From positions 1 through 39,032 of the forward strand of contig JBIOKB010000003.1 of NCBI GenBank assembly GCA_044451405.1: 39,032 nt of DNA, given 5' to 3'. Position 1 is the stretch's first letter; each line of letters begins with the position of its first letter. The position numbers were made by a program, and so were the translations under genes. Source of the stretch: Candidatus Babeliales bacterium. GTDB taxonomy: Bacteria; Babelota; Babeliae; Babelales; Vermiphilaceae. The notes below the pieces were generated by a model. That model was not told the origin of the DNA, did not search any database, and saw only the letters and a list, made by a program, of their open reading frames with translations. Shown one piece after another: positions 7,384-17,139 of the stretch.

Positions 7384-9636
7384 ATGGCATACGATCGTTT
7401 TATTATCGCTCCATTTGATACGGGTCTTCAGACTGATGTTCGACCTTGGTTAGTGCCAGACGACGCATTCGTTTCATTAAAAAATGCCTATGTATTTCGT
7501 GGACGTGTGCGTAAACGATTTGGATCTTTGTATACCGGTAATGGCGCGCAGAATGTCTATACAGCACAGCTCTTTTCTCGCTTAGCAGTGCTCTTAGGTA
7601 CTACGAGTGGCGCAGGTGTTTTAGCAGGTAACGTTCCAGGAAATGTATTTGGTATAGGACAAGCATTCTCAGTTGGCACTGAAATGTTCACGGTCTATCA
7701 AACAGGAAATCCTGCCAATATGCTCACAACGGGCGCATCTACGGTATATACCTATGATACAACAACGGGTGCCTATGTAATTCATGGTGCAGCGCATAAT
7801 ACACCAGTATATTTCTATCCTGCAACTCCTGTTATGGGACTTACTCAATATGAAACGGGTGCTATAAACGCACATCCTGCCTATGCATTTGATACGCAAT
7901 TTGCCTATGTATATACAGGAAGTTTCTGGGAACAATCTCAAGGAGCAGCTACTCCAACATGGCAAGGCAGCAATTCAAATTTCTTCTGGGTAGCTAATTG
8001 GCGTGGTATATCAACAGCAATAACCAATATGTTTGTTACCAACTTTAATGCTACTGTTCCTGTACCAGCAGGAACAGATGATCCTGTGTATACCTTTGAT
8101 GGTACTACTTGGAGTAATTTTTCTGCTGTAATGATCTTTAATACGGCAGGCGATTTTGTTCAAACAGCACTCATGATCGTTCCCTTTAAAGATCGTTTAG
8201 TACTGCTTAACACTATTGAACAGAAAGCAGATAATTCAGCTAATACCCAATATAAAAATAGAGCACGCTTTTGCCACAATGGTTCTCCCTTTGCTACTAA
8301 TGCATGGCTTGAACCTAATACTTCATTTGGTGGTGCCAATGCTGATGGTGCTGGCTGGCTTGACGCTGTAACAGAAGAAGCGATTACCAGCTGTGAGTTC
8401 ATTAAGGATAGATTAATCGTTTATTTTGAACGATCTACGTGGGAATTAGCCTATACCGGAAACCAAGTCTTACCGTTTGTATGGCAGAAGATAAATACAG
8501 AACTTGGAAGTGAAGCAACTTTCAGTTCCATTCCTTTTGATAAAGTTATTTTAACTATGGGAACGACTGGCGTGCATGCTTGTAATGGCAGCAACGTAGA
8601 AAGAATCGACAATAAAATTCCTGACCAAGTATTTGATATTAATGATATTAATATGGGAGTTCAGCGTGTTGCTGGTATTCGTGATTATTTTACTGAATTA
8701 GTTTATTGGACCTTCCCATCGAATCAAGATACAACCGTCTTTCCAAACCAAATCCTGGTCTATAACTATAAAACGGGTTCATGGGCGCTCAACGATGACG
8801 TCATTACTGCCTGGGGCTATTTTGATCAGCAACAAACAGATACATGGGTAGATTCTGTATTTACCTGGGAAAATGCTGATATGACCTGGCAGAGTTCAAA
8901 CATTGAAGCGCAAGTACGTCAGATTATTGCCGGTAATCAAGAAGGTTACATATTTATAATATCGCCTGATTATGCTGACAACGCACCGGTTATGCAGATC
9001 AATAACATGACGGTGAGTGGTGCCTATGTAAATCTCTCTATAACAAATCATACACTGAGTGCTAACGACTTTATTACTATACAGTTTCCACAAGGCATAA
9101 CCTACGTTCCGCCTGCTATTCCTAATATTGTAATAACCAAAATTAATAAAGTTATTGATGCCAATACAGTTAAAGTAGGGCCATTAAATTTTACGGGAAT
9201 CTATACAGGCGGCGGCACCGTAAGCCGCGTATCCAACATCAATATTCTATCTAAGCAATGGAATCCCTATGTTGATCAAGGACGCAACGTCTACATCGCC
9301 AAGATAGATTTTGGTGTATTGAATACGGGTGGGCAAGTAACCGTTGATTATTACACTTCATCATCTAATTTATCTGAAGTAACTGAAGGGACCAATACAG
9401 GAGCAATCTTAGGAACATCAGTTCTGGAAACTGGACCATACACGCTTGTTCCTGTTCCTCTAGAATTCTATCAACAACGTCTATGGCATCCAATTTACTT
9501 CCAATCTGATGGAGAGTTTATTCAGATAAATCTGTATTGGAGCGATGCACAGATGCTTAATGGCGAATGCTTCTTTGATTTCCAATTAGAAGGACTTGTG
9601 CTTCATTCAATCCCTGTTTCTCAAAGGTTGCAATAA
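7384..9636 (+). CDS. Putative tail nozzle / DNA stabilisation protein (tubular B or P22 gp10-like)
   Basis: 750 aa, beta-rich, N-terminal L.NAYVFRGRVRKRFG motif, located between adaptor and ejection genes. Confidence 0.6.
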   Translation: MAYDRFIIAPFDTGLQTDVRPWLVPDDAFVSLKNAYVFRGRVRKRFGSLYTGNGAQNVYTAQLFSRLAVLLGTTSGAGVLAGNVPGNVFGIGQAFSVGTEMFTVYQTGNPANMLTTGASTVYTYDTTTGAYVIHGAAHNTPVYFYPATPVMGLTQYETGAINAHPAYAFDTQFAYVYTGSFWEQSQGAATPTWQGSNSNFFWVANWRGISTAITNMFVTNFNATVPVPAGTDDPVYTFDGTTWSNFSAVMIFNTAGDFVQTALMIVPFKDRLVLLNTIEQKADNSANTQYKNRARFCHNGSPFATNAWLEPNTSFGGANADGAGWLDAVTEEAITSCEFIKDRLIVYFERSTWELAYTGNQVLPFVWQKINTELGSEATFSSIPFDKVILTMGTTGVHACNGSNVERIDNKIPDQVFDINDINMGVQRVAGIRDYFTELVYWTFPSNQDTTVFPNQILVYNYKTGSWALNDDVITAWGYFDQQQTDTWVDSVFTWENADMTWQSSNIEAQVRQIIAGNQEGYIFIISPDYADNAPVMQINNMTVSGAYVNLSITNHTLSANDFITIQFPQGITYVPPAIPNIVITKINKVIDANTVKVGPLNFTGIYTGGGTVSRVSNINILSKQWNPYVDQGRNVYIAKIDFGVLNTGGQVTVDYYTSSSNLSEVTEGTNTGAILGTSVLETGPYTLVPVPLEFYQQRLWHPIYFQSDGEFIQINLYWSDAQMLNGECFFDFQLEGLVLHSIPVSQRLQ

Positions 9637-10181
9637 TGGCAGAGTTTGTATCATCTACAGTTGGATCATTCATACCAACGACGAATATTTGGGACGTGTC
9701 CGAACTGATGGAAGTTGATGTTAATAGTCCACAATTTAAGGAACTTCTTATTCGGTTGTATCAGAACATTAACAATATGGCATTGGTGCTTAATGTAAAA
9801 GACACAGGTATCTACAACAATAGTCAATTTATTAATGGGCAGACGTTTTTTCCTAATCCAACCTTGACTTCAGCATCGACCACTTTTCCTGCAATGCGAC
9901 AAGCCTATAGGTTGGCTGTTATTTTTGGTGCTTTGCCCAATACAGGAGCAAAATCAGTTGCTCATGGAATAACAATTACCAGTTCAACAACATTTACTCG
10001 TATATATGGTGAAGCAAGCGATACAACAGGAAATAATTATATCCCACTGCCGTATGCGAGTCCTACATTGGTGAACAATATACAGTTGGACGTATCAGCA
10101 ACTAATGTGACTGTCACAACAGGATCAAACAGAACGAATTTTAATGAATGCAAAATAATTTTAGAGTGGTTATCTAGTTAA
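9636..10181 (+). CDS. Virion structural protein
   Basis: Translationally coupled (TAATG); beta-rich C-terminus with SVAHGI motif. Confidence 0.6.
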   Translation: MAEFVSSTVGSFIPTTNIWDVSELMEVDVNSPQFKELLIRLYQNINNMALVLNVKDTGIYNNSQFINGQTFFPNPTLTSASTTFPAMRQAYRLAVIFGALPNTGAKSVAHGITITSSTTFTRIYGEASDTTGNNYIPLPYASPTLVNNIQLDVSATNVTVTTGSNRTNFNECKIILEWLSS

Positions 10182-10191
10182 GGAGAATAAG

Positions 10192-10869
10192 ATGCCTTGT
10201 AAACATGGCGTTTGCAGCCGGAAGTCAAAAAAATCACGTGGTGGCGTTACCGTACAACCACAAATGGTTAATCCTGTTGCTACTAATCCACAAATTCCCC
10301 AAATAGGGCAACAAGCTGGTGGTATTCAACAACCAAATCAATTTACCACGCCATCACAAGGTAAAGTAAATAAGCGTAGTGGAGTCCGTAGTTTTTTTGC
10401 GGGTGATCCTGCATATAGTATGGTGACTACACCTTACACGCCAGATCAACAAAATATACTCAATTGGCTCGCGCAAAGTGGACAACAAGGATTACAAGGA
10501 TTAGGAAATCAAGGATTTGATTTTGGACCATTGCAACAACAAGCTCAATCACAATTTTATTCTGAAACGGTCCCAACTCTCGCTGAAAGATTCACCGCTA
10601 TGGGTGGTGGTCAACGATCTTCTGCATTTGAATCTGCTATAGGGCGTGCTGGTGCTGGTCTTAAAGAAAATCTTGCTGCATTAAAAGCGCAATATGATTA
10701 TGGTAATCAACAAAATCAGCAAGCTAATTTCATGAATAGATTGCAAATGGGTCTTCGTCCACAATATGAAAATGCATTTGTGCCTTCAACTGGTGGTATA
10801 TTCCATGGTGCAGCATCCGCAGTAGGTAAAGCTGTTCCATTAGCTGCTGGCGCATACTTTGGTGGTTAA
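10192..10869 (+). CDS. Putative DNA ejection protein
   Basis: Gln/Gly/Ala-rich with hydrophobic Gly/Ala C-terminus; AAGGAG RBS; position. Confidence 0.55.
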   Translation: MPCKHGVCSRKSKKSRGGVTVQPQMVNPVATNPQIPQIGQQAGGIQQPNQFTTPSQGKVNKRSGVRSFFAGDPAYSMVTTPYTPDQQNILNWLAQSGQQGLQGLGNQGFDFGPLQQQAQSQFYSETVPTLAERFTAMGGGQRSSAFESAIGRAGAGLKENLAALKAQYDYGNQQNQQANFMNRLQMGLRPQYENAFVPSTGGIFHGAASAVGKAVPLAAGAYFGG

Positions 10870-10884
10870 TTTAAAGGAGATACG

Positions 10885-12225
10885 ATGCCTCAAATAATCA
10901 ATAACGTTGGCCGTGCTGCAATGTTTGGCCAACAATTTGGACAAGGACTAGGTGAAGGTCTATCTGCGCTTGCAGAATATAAATTACAGCAAGTACAGCA
11001 ACGAAATAATGTTAATCGTCTTGCTGATGTATATAAATCTCTTGGTGCTGATGAGAATACTGCACGAGGATTAGCAGCATTACCGCAAGAAATACAAAAA
11101 TCTTATTTAGAACGTGGCGGTGCTGCAACATGGGGTCAAGGAGGACAACAAGTAGCACAATCAGCACAGCAATCGGGTGTCTATGCACCATCAGCCTTAG
11201 AGCAACCACAACAACAGCAATTTGCACCTCCGTCAGAAACACAAGCAATACGACAACGTTTATCTGCGTTGAACCCTAATCAACCTGAGCAAGAACAAGA
11301 AGCATTGCTCAACAAGATTCGTTCACCAGAGCAACGACGACAAGCATTCCGTGAACAAGGGATTGGATTACCAGAACAACAACCATCTGCTGCGCAATTC
11401 GGACGCGGTATTCAACAAGCGCCACCACAACAAGCCCCTCAAGCAGCCCCAGGGGGCGCCCCAGCGGCTCCACAAAAAGGTAGTATCGGTGAAGTTCTTG
11501 CTCGTCCGTCCTTCCATGAACAGCAATTGAATCGTCGTCATGAAGAAGCGATGGGGCAAAAAGAACGGCACTTTCAAGCAAAAGAACAAAAAGAACTCCG
11601 CAAGGAAAGCGAAGGATTCAGAAAAGAAGTGCTTGATATTCATCATGCTGATATTGCTGATAGAGCTCGGTTGAAGAAGATTCTTTCTATCGATAAAAAG
11701 AATAACGTTATCAATCCTCAGTTATATGCAACACTTAAAGAACATGGATTTGCTACTGGAAGTGTATTAAATGCTGATACCCAAGAACTTGCAAAACTTT
11801 CAACTGACATGTTCACTAATTTTAAGAAGATGTTTCCACGTGGTACTAACATTGATGCGCAGATCTTTGAACAACGTATTCCTTCTCTAATGAATAGTCG
11901 TGAAGGCCGTGAACGTGTTATTGGAAATATGCTCAAACTTACTGATCTTAACGAGAAAATCTATGATGAGATGCAAAACGTCATCAAGGATAATGGCGGC
12001 AATGTACCTCCTCTCTTTCAGGAAGAAGTATATAAGCGCGTAGATCCGTATGTGAAAGATTGGGAACAAGACTTTGTTAATATGTCTCAAGAAAATGCTC
12101 CTCAAGTAGGACAAGGGTTTGATAAGTTGCCTCCTGCGAATTCATTGCCTAAAAACACCGAACTATTTAATGATGTGACTGGTAAATATTTTGTTACCAA
12201 TGGTAAAAATTGGAGGGTCGTATAA
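10885..12225 (+). CDS. Putative DNA ejection protein
   Basis: FGQQFGQGLGEGL N-terminus, Gln-rich helical body; AAGGAG RBS. Confidence 0.55.
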   Translation: MPQIINNVGRAAMFGQQFGQGLGEGLSALAEYKLQQVQQRNNVNRLADVYKSLGADENTARGLAALPQEIQKSYLERGGAATWGQGGQQVAQSAQQSGVYAPSALEQPQQQQFAPPSETQAIRQRLSALNPNQPEQEQEALLNKIRSPEQRRQAFREQGIGLPEQQPSAAQFGRGIQQAPPQQAPQAAPGGAPAAPQKGSIGEVLARPSFHEQQLNRRHEEAMGQKERHFQAKEQKELRKESEGFRKEVLDIHHADIADRARLKKILSIDKKNNVINPQLYATLKEHGFATGSVLNADTQELAKLSTDMFTNFKKMFPRGTNIDAQIFEQRIPSLMNSREGRERVIGNMLKLTDLNEKIYDEMQNVIKDNGGNVPPLFQEEVYKRVDPYVKDWEQDFVNMSQENAPQVGQGFDKLPPANSLPKNTELFNDVTGKYFVTNGKNWRVV

Positions 12226-13517
12226 TGCCTTTTAAGATTACTAAACTTGGTGAGCAGCCAGTTGAACAACAATATGATTCTTCTAATGAAAATATTGGCC
12301 AGACCATTGGTCGTAATATAGCGCGATTGCCCGTTACTGCTGCAAAGACAATAGGATCAATTCCTGGTGAAGCTGAAGCAACTGTGCGTAATCTAACTAA
12401 AAGTCAGCATGGACAGATTGCACAAGCTCTTGGTATTCCACAAGAATTACATGCACAATTAGAAACTCCTGGGCTATTATCGCATGACCATGTATTTCCT
12501 ACGTATGAGGAACTTGGTAAGGGCATAAAAGAAAAAGCCCCTTATTTAGCACCACAAGGACCTATAGAAGAACAGGTAGATAGCGCTGTATCGCGTGTTA
12601 TAGATCTTATGACAGGTGGCGTAAAAGCTGGTCGCGCAATAGGAGCAACCGCAGCAGGTAAATTAGGTAAATATTATACTCAATCATATACGGGATCAGA
12701 AGAAGCTGGAGATGCGGTTGATGTAGGAACTACATTATTAACTCTTACTGGTGGTCGTAAACCATTAGAGGCTAAAAATAATGCACTCTTTGATGAAGCG
12801 CGTTCATTTTTACCTGAAGAAGCCAAATTTAAAGCGCCAGTATTACGTGGCCAAATTGAACATGAAATAAAAAAATTAAAACGAAGCGATATGACAAGTA
12901 AATCATTTGTAGAAGATCGCTTAAAAGAATTAAAAAAAATTGTTGGCCCAGCTGGTACTGTTGATATAAATGAATTGTGGAGTCGTAAGAAAGAACTTAA
13001 TGATCATTTTAAGACGCGTGATTTACCCGTTGGGGCAGAAAAAGAACTCATTAAAATGATTGATTGGCTTAATGATGTATTAAAACGTGAATATGGAACT
13101 ACAAATCCGCGTTTTTCTAAAGCTCTTGATGAAGCTGATAAATTTCACCGCGGATTGCGTGAGGGAAGCAAGTTAAAGAAGTTCTTTGAGAAGAATATCA
13201 ACTTTGAGAATATAGCTCATCCCGTGGTTTTAGGTGCTTTAGGATTTAAAGCAGTAACACCTATACAAGCTGCAAAAGCAGGGGCTGGATTACTTGCAGG
13301 TAAAGAAATTGTATATTTAACAGAAGCTCTTGCCCGCAGTAAAGAAGTGCGTAAAGAATGGTTTAGTTTATTGCGCTCTGGTGCTAAAGGAAGCGCGATA
13401 GCAGCAAATAGATACGCTAAAAAGCTCTCTGATAGTATGCAGCAAGAATTCCCAATTGAACAACCAGCAGTTGAGGAAGCGCGTGGTCGTTTTAGAATTA
13501 CTCGTATGGGTTCTTAG
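12225..13517 (+). CDS. Putative DNA ejection protein (start revised to ATG 12225)
   Basis: TAATG coupling with the previous gene; helical with Gly/Ala hydrophobic stretches. Confidence 0.55.
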   Translation: MPFKITKLGEQPVEQQYDSSNENIGQTIGRNIARLPVTAAKTIGSIPGEAEATVRNLTKSQHGQIAQALGIPQELHAQLETPGLLSHDHVFPTYEELGKGIKEKAPYLAPQGPIEEQVDSAVSRVIDLMTGGVKAGRAIGATAAGKLGKYYTQSYTGSEEAGDAVDVGTTLLTLTGGRKPLEAKNNALFDEARSFLPEEAKFKAPVLRGQIEHEIKKLKRSDMTSKSFVEDRLKELKKIVGPAGTVDINELWSRKKELNDHFKTRDLPVGAEKELIKMIDWLNDVLKREYGTTNPRFSKALDEADKFHRGLREGSKLKKFFEKNINFENIAHPVVLGALGFKAVTPIQAAKAGAGLLAGKEIVYLTEALARSKEVRKEWFSLLRSGAKGSAIAANRYAKKLSDSMQQEFPIEQPAVEEARGRFRITRMGS

Positions 13518-13596
13518 TAGTTTCTGTTCTTCCAAACCACCACCCTGTAAATCCTACCCATACCATCCAAAATATAACTAATCCTATAGGTCCCAT
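13498..13596 (-). CDS. 32-aa membrane peptide (not in ORF track)
   Basis: MGPIGLVIFWMVWVGFTGWWFGRTETTKNPYE; GGAGG RBS upstream. Confidence 0.55.
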   Translation of the reverse strand: MGPIGLVIFWMVWVGFTGWWFGRTETTKNPYE

Positions 13597-13597
13597 A

Positions 13598-13702
13598 TTA
13601 AACCTCCCATTTTAGTACAACTACCACTAATACAACTACTCCTAATATTACCCATATAACATAGGGCATCTGTATCCCTGAATTATAAAAATCTGGTGGC
13701 AT
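13598..13702 (-). CDS. 34-aa membrane peptide (not in ORF track)
   Basis: MPPDFYNSGIQMPYVIWVILGVVVLVVVVLKWEV; GGGGGA upstream; tightly packed with neighbours. Confidence 0.5.
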   Translation of the reverse strand: MPPDFYNSGIQMPYVIWVILGVVVLVVVVLKWEV

Positions 13703-13710
13703 ATATCCCC

Positions 13711-13878
13711 CTAATCGTATTGCTTGTCTCTAGATATCTGGTTAAGCACTGCTTGTAAAATATAGTCCTTTATTGAAATTCTCTTATGAGCACATCGCAC
13801 TTTGAGGTCGTAGTGAACTTGCTCAGGTAACGTAAATATAAATCTCTTATGTTTTTTGTGTTTCTTAGGTTCATCCAT
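13711..13878 (-). CDS. 55-aa ribbon-helix-helix (Arc/CopG-like) DNA-binding protein (not in ORF track)
   Basis: KRFIFTLPEQVHYDLKVRCAHKRISIKDYILQAV matches the RHH strand-helix-helix pattern. Confidence 0.7.
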   Translation of the reverse strand: MDEPKKHKKHKRFIFTLPEQVHYDLKVRCAHKRISIKDYILQAVLNQISRDKQYD

Positions 13879-13883
13879 CTTTC

Positions 13884-14333
13884 TTACCTGCAGCTATTTA
13901 TGTCCTCTGCGGCTAACTTACAGAAAACCTTTAATAATTTATTATATTTTTCATTATTTTCTAATCCTTCTAACGTTTCAGATGCTTCGGAAAAAAAACC
14001 AGTAACAGCAACCCATGTCAGGGAAGAGAAAAAACACTTAAATCTAAAATGAGGATTATCTTTTTTTATAAATATAAACAAATCAACAAGAAAAAATAAT
14101 AAACTAAATCGTACGTTTTCTTCCTGAAACTTATCTGATTCCATTAACGCTAATATAATAGAACCAACGCTTCTTTCTTGAATATCTTCTAATGTTTCAT
14201 CTTTCAATAATTCATAGGATTTACATAATTCAAAAGCTAAAGCGCATTTAGTTTTTTTCTCATATTCTGTAGCAGGTAGAGCTTCTATAAAATAACTTAC
14301 CCAAAAATCGATTTCTCTATGCTCAAGTATCAT
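13884..14333 (-). CDS. Hypothetical AT-rich protein
   Basis: 149 aa, AAGGA RBS, between HTH and RHH genes. Confidence 0.6.
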   Translation of the reverse strand: MILEHREIDFWVSYFIEALPATEYEKKTKCALAFELCKSYELLKDETLEDIQERSVGSIILALMESDKFQEENVRFSLLFFLVDLFIFIKKDNPHFRFKCFFSSLTWVAVTGFFSEASETLEGLENNEKYNKLLKVFCKLAAEDINSCR

Positions 14334-14349
14334 ATTTTTCCTTATTAAT

Positions 14350-14538
14350 TTATTGATCTGGTTGAATAGAATTTAATAGTTCTTCTAAGTCTGATTTCTT
14401 GTATAAGCGATATCTATTAAAAGGGTGCCGCCATGATTTTAGTTTACGCGCTCGCTCCCAATTTCTTAGAGTATTAGCAGTTACCCCCAAAAAGGCAGCT
14501 GCTTCTTCTATCATCATAAAGTCATCAAATTTGTTCAT
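14350..14538 (-). CDS. MerR/excisionase-type HTH DNA-binding protein
   Basis: M.IEEAAAFLGVTANTLRNWER…R.PFNRYRLY..SDL. Confidence 0.85.
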   Translation of the reverse strand: MNKFDDFMMIEEAAAFLGVTANTLRNWERARKLKSWRHPFNRYRLYKKSDLEELLNSIQPDQ

Positions 14539-14687
14539 ATAAGCCCTTTCGTAGGAATTTTTCCTATGACTATATAGGAATTACAAAAGGTTACAATGGC
14601 GATCTCTTTTTTCTTTGTTCTTCCATCCACTCCTGGTCGTCATTCTTAGATATAAAGATATCACAAACTTTAAAAATAGCAAGTTTT

Positions 14688-14716
14688 AAGACTGCGAAAG
14701 TTGAGGCTTATAGAAT
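14688..14716 (+). promoter_or_regulatory. Putative late promoter for tail-fibre operon
   Basis: GCGAAAGTTGAGGCTTA-TAGAAT aligns with GCGAAAATTGAGGTTCA-TACAAT at 35187. Confidence 0.6.
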
Positions 14717-14751
14717 GAGGCAAGTAATGAACTAAAAAAATAGGAGACATT

Positions 14752-15936
14752 ATGTCAGTTCAACAATACCCAATAGTGGATTATGGCTTTACCCAAGCCC
14801 TTCAATCCGTCTTTCCTGCCCCTATAGTATCCAACCGTGCCCCTACAACAGCCGATAAGGCTCAGATAGGGACAGTATGGATTCAACCCGTAAATACTTC
14901 AGGAGTAGCTCAAAATGCTGCCTGGATTCTTACCTCAATTATAAGTAACTTAGCAAATTGGGCTAACGTATCTGGCGGCAATGGATCATTTTTAAATATC
15001 CTCCTTCCGTATACAACTGCTTCTGTCGGCAACATAGAATTTGGTGGTATTTCTTCATTTAAGATTCCTGAATCTAGTTCTGTATATATAGGACAAGCAG
15101 CAGGTAATACTTCTAATACCGGTACTAATAACGTTGCGCTCGGTACGTTAGCATTAACTGATGTTACAACTGGTCATGATAATATTTCTGTTGGTTATGA
15201 AGCAGGAGCTCATCTAACTACAGGTACTAATAATACTTTTGTAGGATCTTTAGCGGGAAATGCTATTACATCTGCATCTAATAACGTCGCTATTGGTCTT
15301 AATTCTTTAGCCAGTGCTACTACATCTCCTGGCAATACTATTGTAGGTGCTGGATCAGGTCTTCTTATTTCTACAGGTACTGGTGATAATACCAGCGTAG
15401 GATTTGTAAATCTTCAAAGCGTTACAACAGGTGCTAGTAATATCGCCCTTGGTACTAGTGTTTTAAATTTTATAACAACAGGTTCTAGTAATATAGCCAT
15501 TGGTAACAGCGCAGGATCTGCATTAGTAACAGGTACAGAGCACGGAAATATCTACCTCAATGATATTGGAGTGAATGCTGAAGTATCTACTATGCGACTA
15601 ACGTCTAATGGTGCTGCATTTATTACAACAACAGGATCGACGCTTTCTTTAAATACAACGGGTACTGGAGCAGTAAGTATCGGTAATACAACAGGTAATG
15701 TTGGTATTACAGGTAATGCTACCATTACTACGGGTAATATGGTGTTAGCAACTGCAGCTACGTTTGTACAACTTCCTGGACCAATTAAGATTATGTCTGG
15801 AGCAGGTGCACCAGCTGCTGGATTGGCAGCGGAAGCTGGTGACCTGTACATCAATACTACAGGATCTACCACAACAACACGTCTTTATATAGCAACTGGA
15901 GCAGGCGCTTGGACATACATAGCATCAAATGCGTAA
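14752..15936 (+). CDS. Tail fibre/spike with beta-roll (adhesin-like) repeats
   Basis: ~14-residue TTG..N.A(L/I)G..A repeats; N-terminal RAPTTADK…GTVW and C-terminal GAPAA…GDLYINT motifs. Confidence 0.8.
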   Translation: MSVQQYPIVDYGFTQALQSVFPAPIVSNRAPTTADKAQIGTVWIQPVNTSGVAQNAAWILTSIISNLANWANVSGGNGSFLNILLPYTTASVGNIEFGGISSFKIPESSSVYIGQAAGNTSNTGTNNVALGTLALTDVTTGHDNISVGYEAGAHLTTGTNNTFVGSLAGNAITSASNNVAIGLNSLASATTSPGNTIVGAGSGLLISTGTGDNTSVGFVNLQSVTTGASNIALGTSVLNFITTGSSNIAIGNSAGSALVTGTEHGNIYLNDIGVNAEVSTMRLTSNGAAFITTTGSTLSLNTTGTGAVSIGNTTGNVGITGNATITTGNMVLATAATFVQLPGPIKIMSGAGAPAAGLAAEAGDLYINTTGSTTTTRLYIATGAGAWTYIASNA

Positions 15937-15955
15937 TTAACTAACAATCAAAATA

Positions 15956-15992
15956 CCTCCCCGCTTGCTTTGCTAGGGTTAAAGCGGGGAGG
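15956..15992. terminator. Stem-loop after first fibre gene
   Basis: CCTCCCCGCTT/AAGCGGGGAGG. Confidence 0.5.
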
Positions 15993-16026
15993 ATTCACTA
16001 TCTAACCCTTGTCTGGAGAGAAGAGA

Positions 16027-16248
16027 ATGAACCAACAATTAATGATCGACATAGAGCACGTGAAGAACGGTCGTACGTATCGCATGCAAATACCTATGAT
16101 GCAACAACCATGGAGCGAAGCGCACGAAGCTGCTCTCGATTTTGCAAAACAAATTGTTGAGATGGAATCTTTAGCAAAAAATCAAGCTGAGCAAGCAAGT
16201 AAACCTGTTGAGGTAGTTATACCTGAAGTGGTTGAATCAGCTGGATAA
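16027..16248 (+). CDS. Small hypothetical protein (possible fibre chaperone)
   Basis: ATG 16027 after GGAGAG; within tail operon. Confidence 0.55.
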   Translation: MNQQLMIDIEHVKNGRTYRMQIPMMQQPWSEAHEAALDFAKQIVEMESLAKNQAEQASKPVEVVIPEVVESAG

Positions 16249-16269
16249 AATAAAATTAGGAGAATAGCA

Positions 16270-16623
16270 ATGAGCACATTAGGACAAGTAGCACGCTATG
16301 AAACGCTACGATCATTAGGCCATGCATCAGTTGGTGCTGGCTTTACCGCAATAGGAACTGCGTTTTTAAATCCTGTTCGCATTCTTATGGTTGACAATAG
16401 TACCGACGTCAATCTGATTATCTCATTTGATGGAATTAATAATCATATGTTTATCGCAGCCAATTCAGGCAGAGTAATCGATTACGCATCAGATGCAGAA
16501 TTACCGGTAGGAAAGCTTTCACAAGCAGCAGATGTAATTGTCTATGCAAAAGAAGAAAGTGGTGGTCCTACGGTAGGCAACGTGTATGTATCAGTTGTAT
16601 ATGCATTTGCTGGTAACTATTAA
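16270..16623 (+). CDS. Small beta-rich virion protein
   Basis: AGGAG RBS; tail operon. Confidence 0.65.
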   Translation: MSTLGQVARYETLRSLGHASVGAGFTAIGTAFLNPVRILMVDNSTDVNLIISFDGINNHMFIAANSGRVIDYASDAELPVGKLSQAADVIVYAKEESGGPTVGNVYVSVVYAFAGNY

Positions 16624-16653
16624 ATAGTGCGCCTAAGCGCACAAGGAGATGCC

Positions 16654-17124
16654 GTGAGTCAAATTACAAAGTACTTACTCGGTTCATCAAATCCTATCGA
16701 CACGTTGACCGGGAACAGCGGGGGCGCCGTTCCGCCTACAGCAGGCAATATTAACATCATAGGCAGTGGTTCTATCAATGTAGTAGGCAATCCAGGAACC
16801 AGTACTCTGACTATATCAACAACAGGTACTACTTTTTTGCATTATACAGCAGTAAATACATCACCTTATGTAGTACTTCTTACTGATGAATATCTTGGAG
16901 TTGATAGTTCTGGTGGAGCTATAACCATCGAATTACCCAATGCTCCAGCAACAGGGCAAGTATGGGTCATAAAAGATACCACTGGTTCAGCTGTTGCGCA
17001 TAATATTACCGTTACTACCGTTGGTGGTGTGGTGAATATAGATGGTGCTACTAGTTATGTAATGAATACAGTACATACATCCATTGAAGTCATATTCAAT
17101 GGAAGCGCCTACGAAATATTCTAA
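16654..17124 (+). CDS. Tail fibre-associated protein (start revised to GTG 16654)
   Basis: AAGGAG RBS; VDSSGGAITI.LP…G…IKD..G.A..HNITV motif common in fibre proteins. Confidence 0.7.
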   Translation: MSQITKYLLGSSNPIDTLTGNSGGAVPPTAGNINIIGSGSINVVGNPGTSTLTISTTGTTFLHYTAVNTSPYVVLLTDEYLGVDSSGGAITIELPNAPATGQVWVIKDTTGSAVAHNITVTTVGGVVNIDGATSYVMNTVHTSIEVIFNGSAYEIF

Positions 17125-17139
17125 AAAGGAGACTTTACA

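Noticed and set aside
14350-14538. Excisionase marking an integration module
   Set aside because: No integrase or att-like repeat nearby; treated as a generic HTH regulator.
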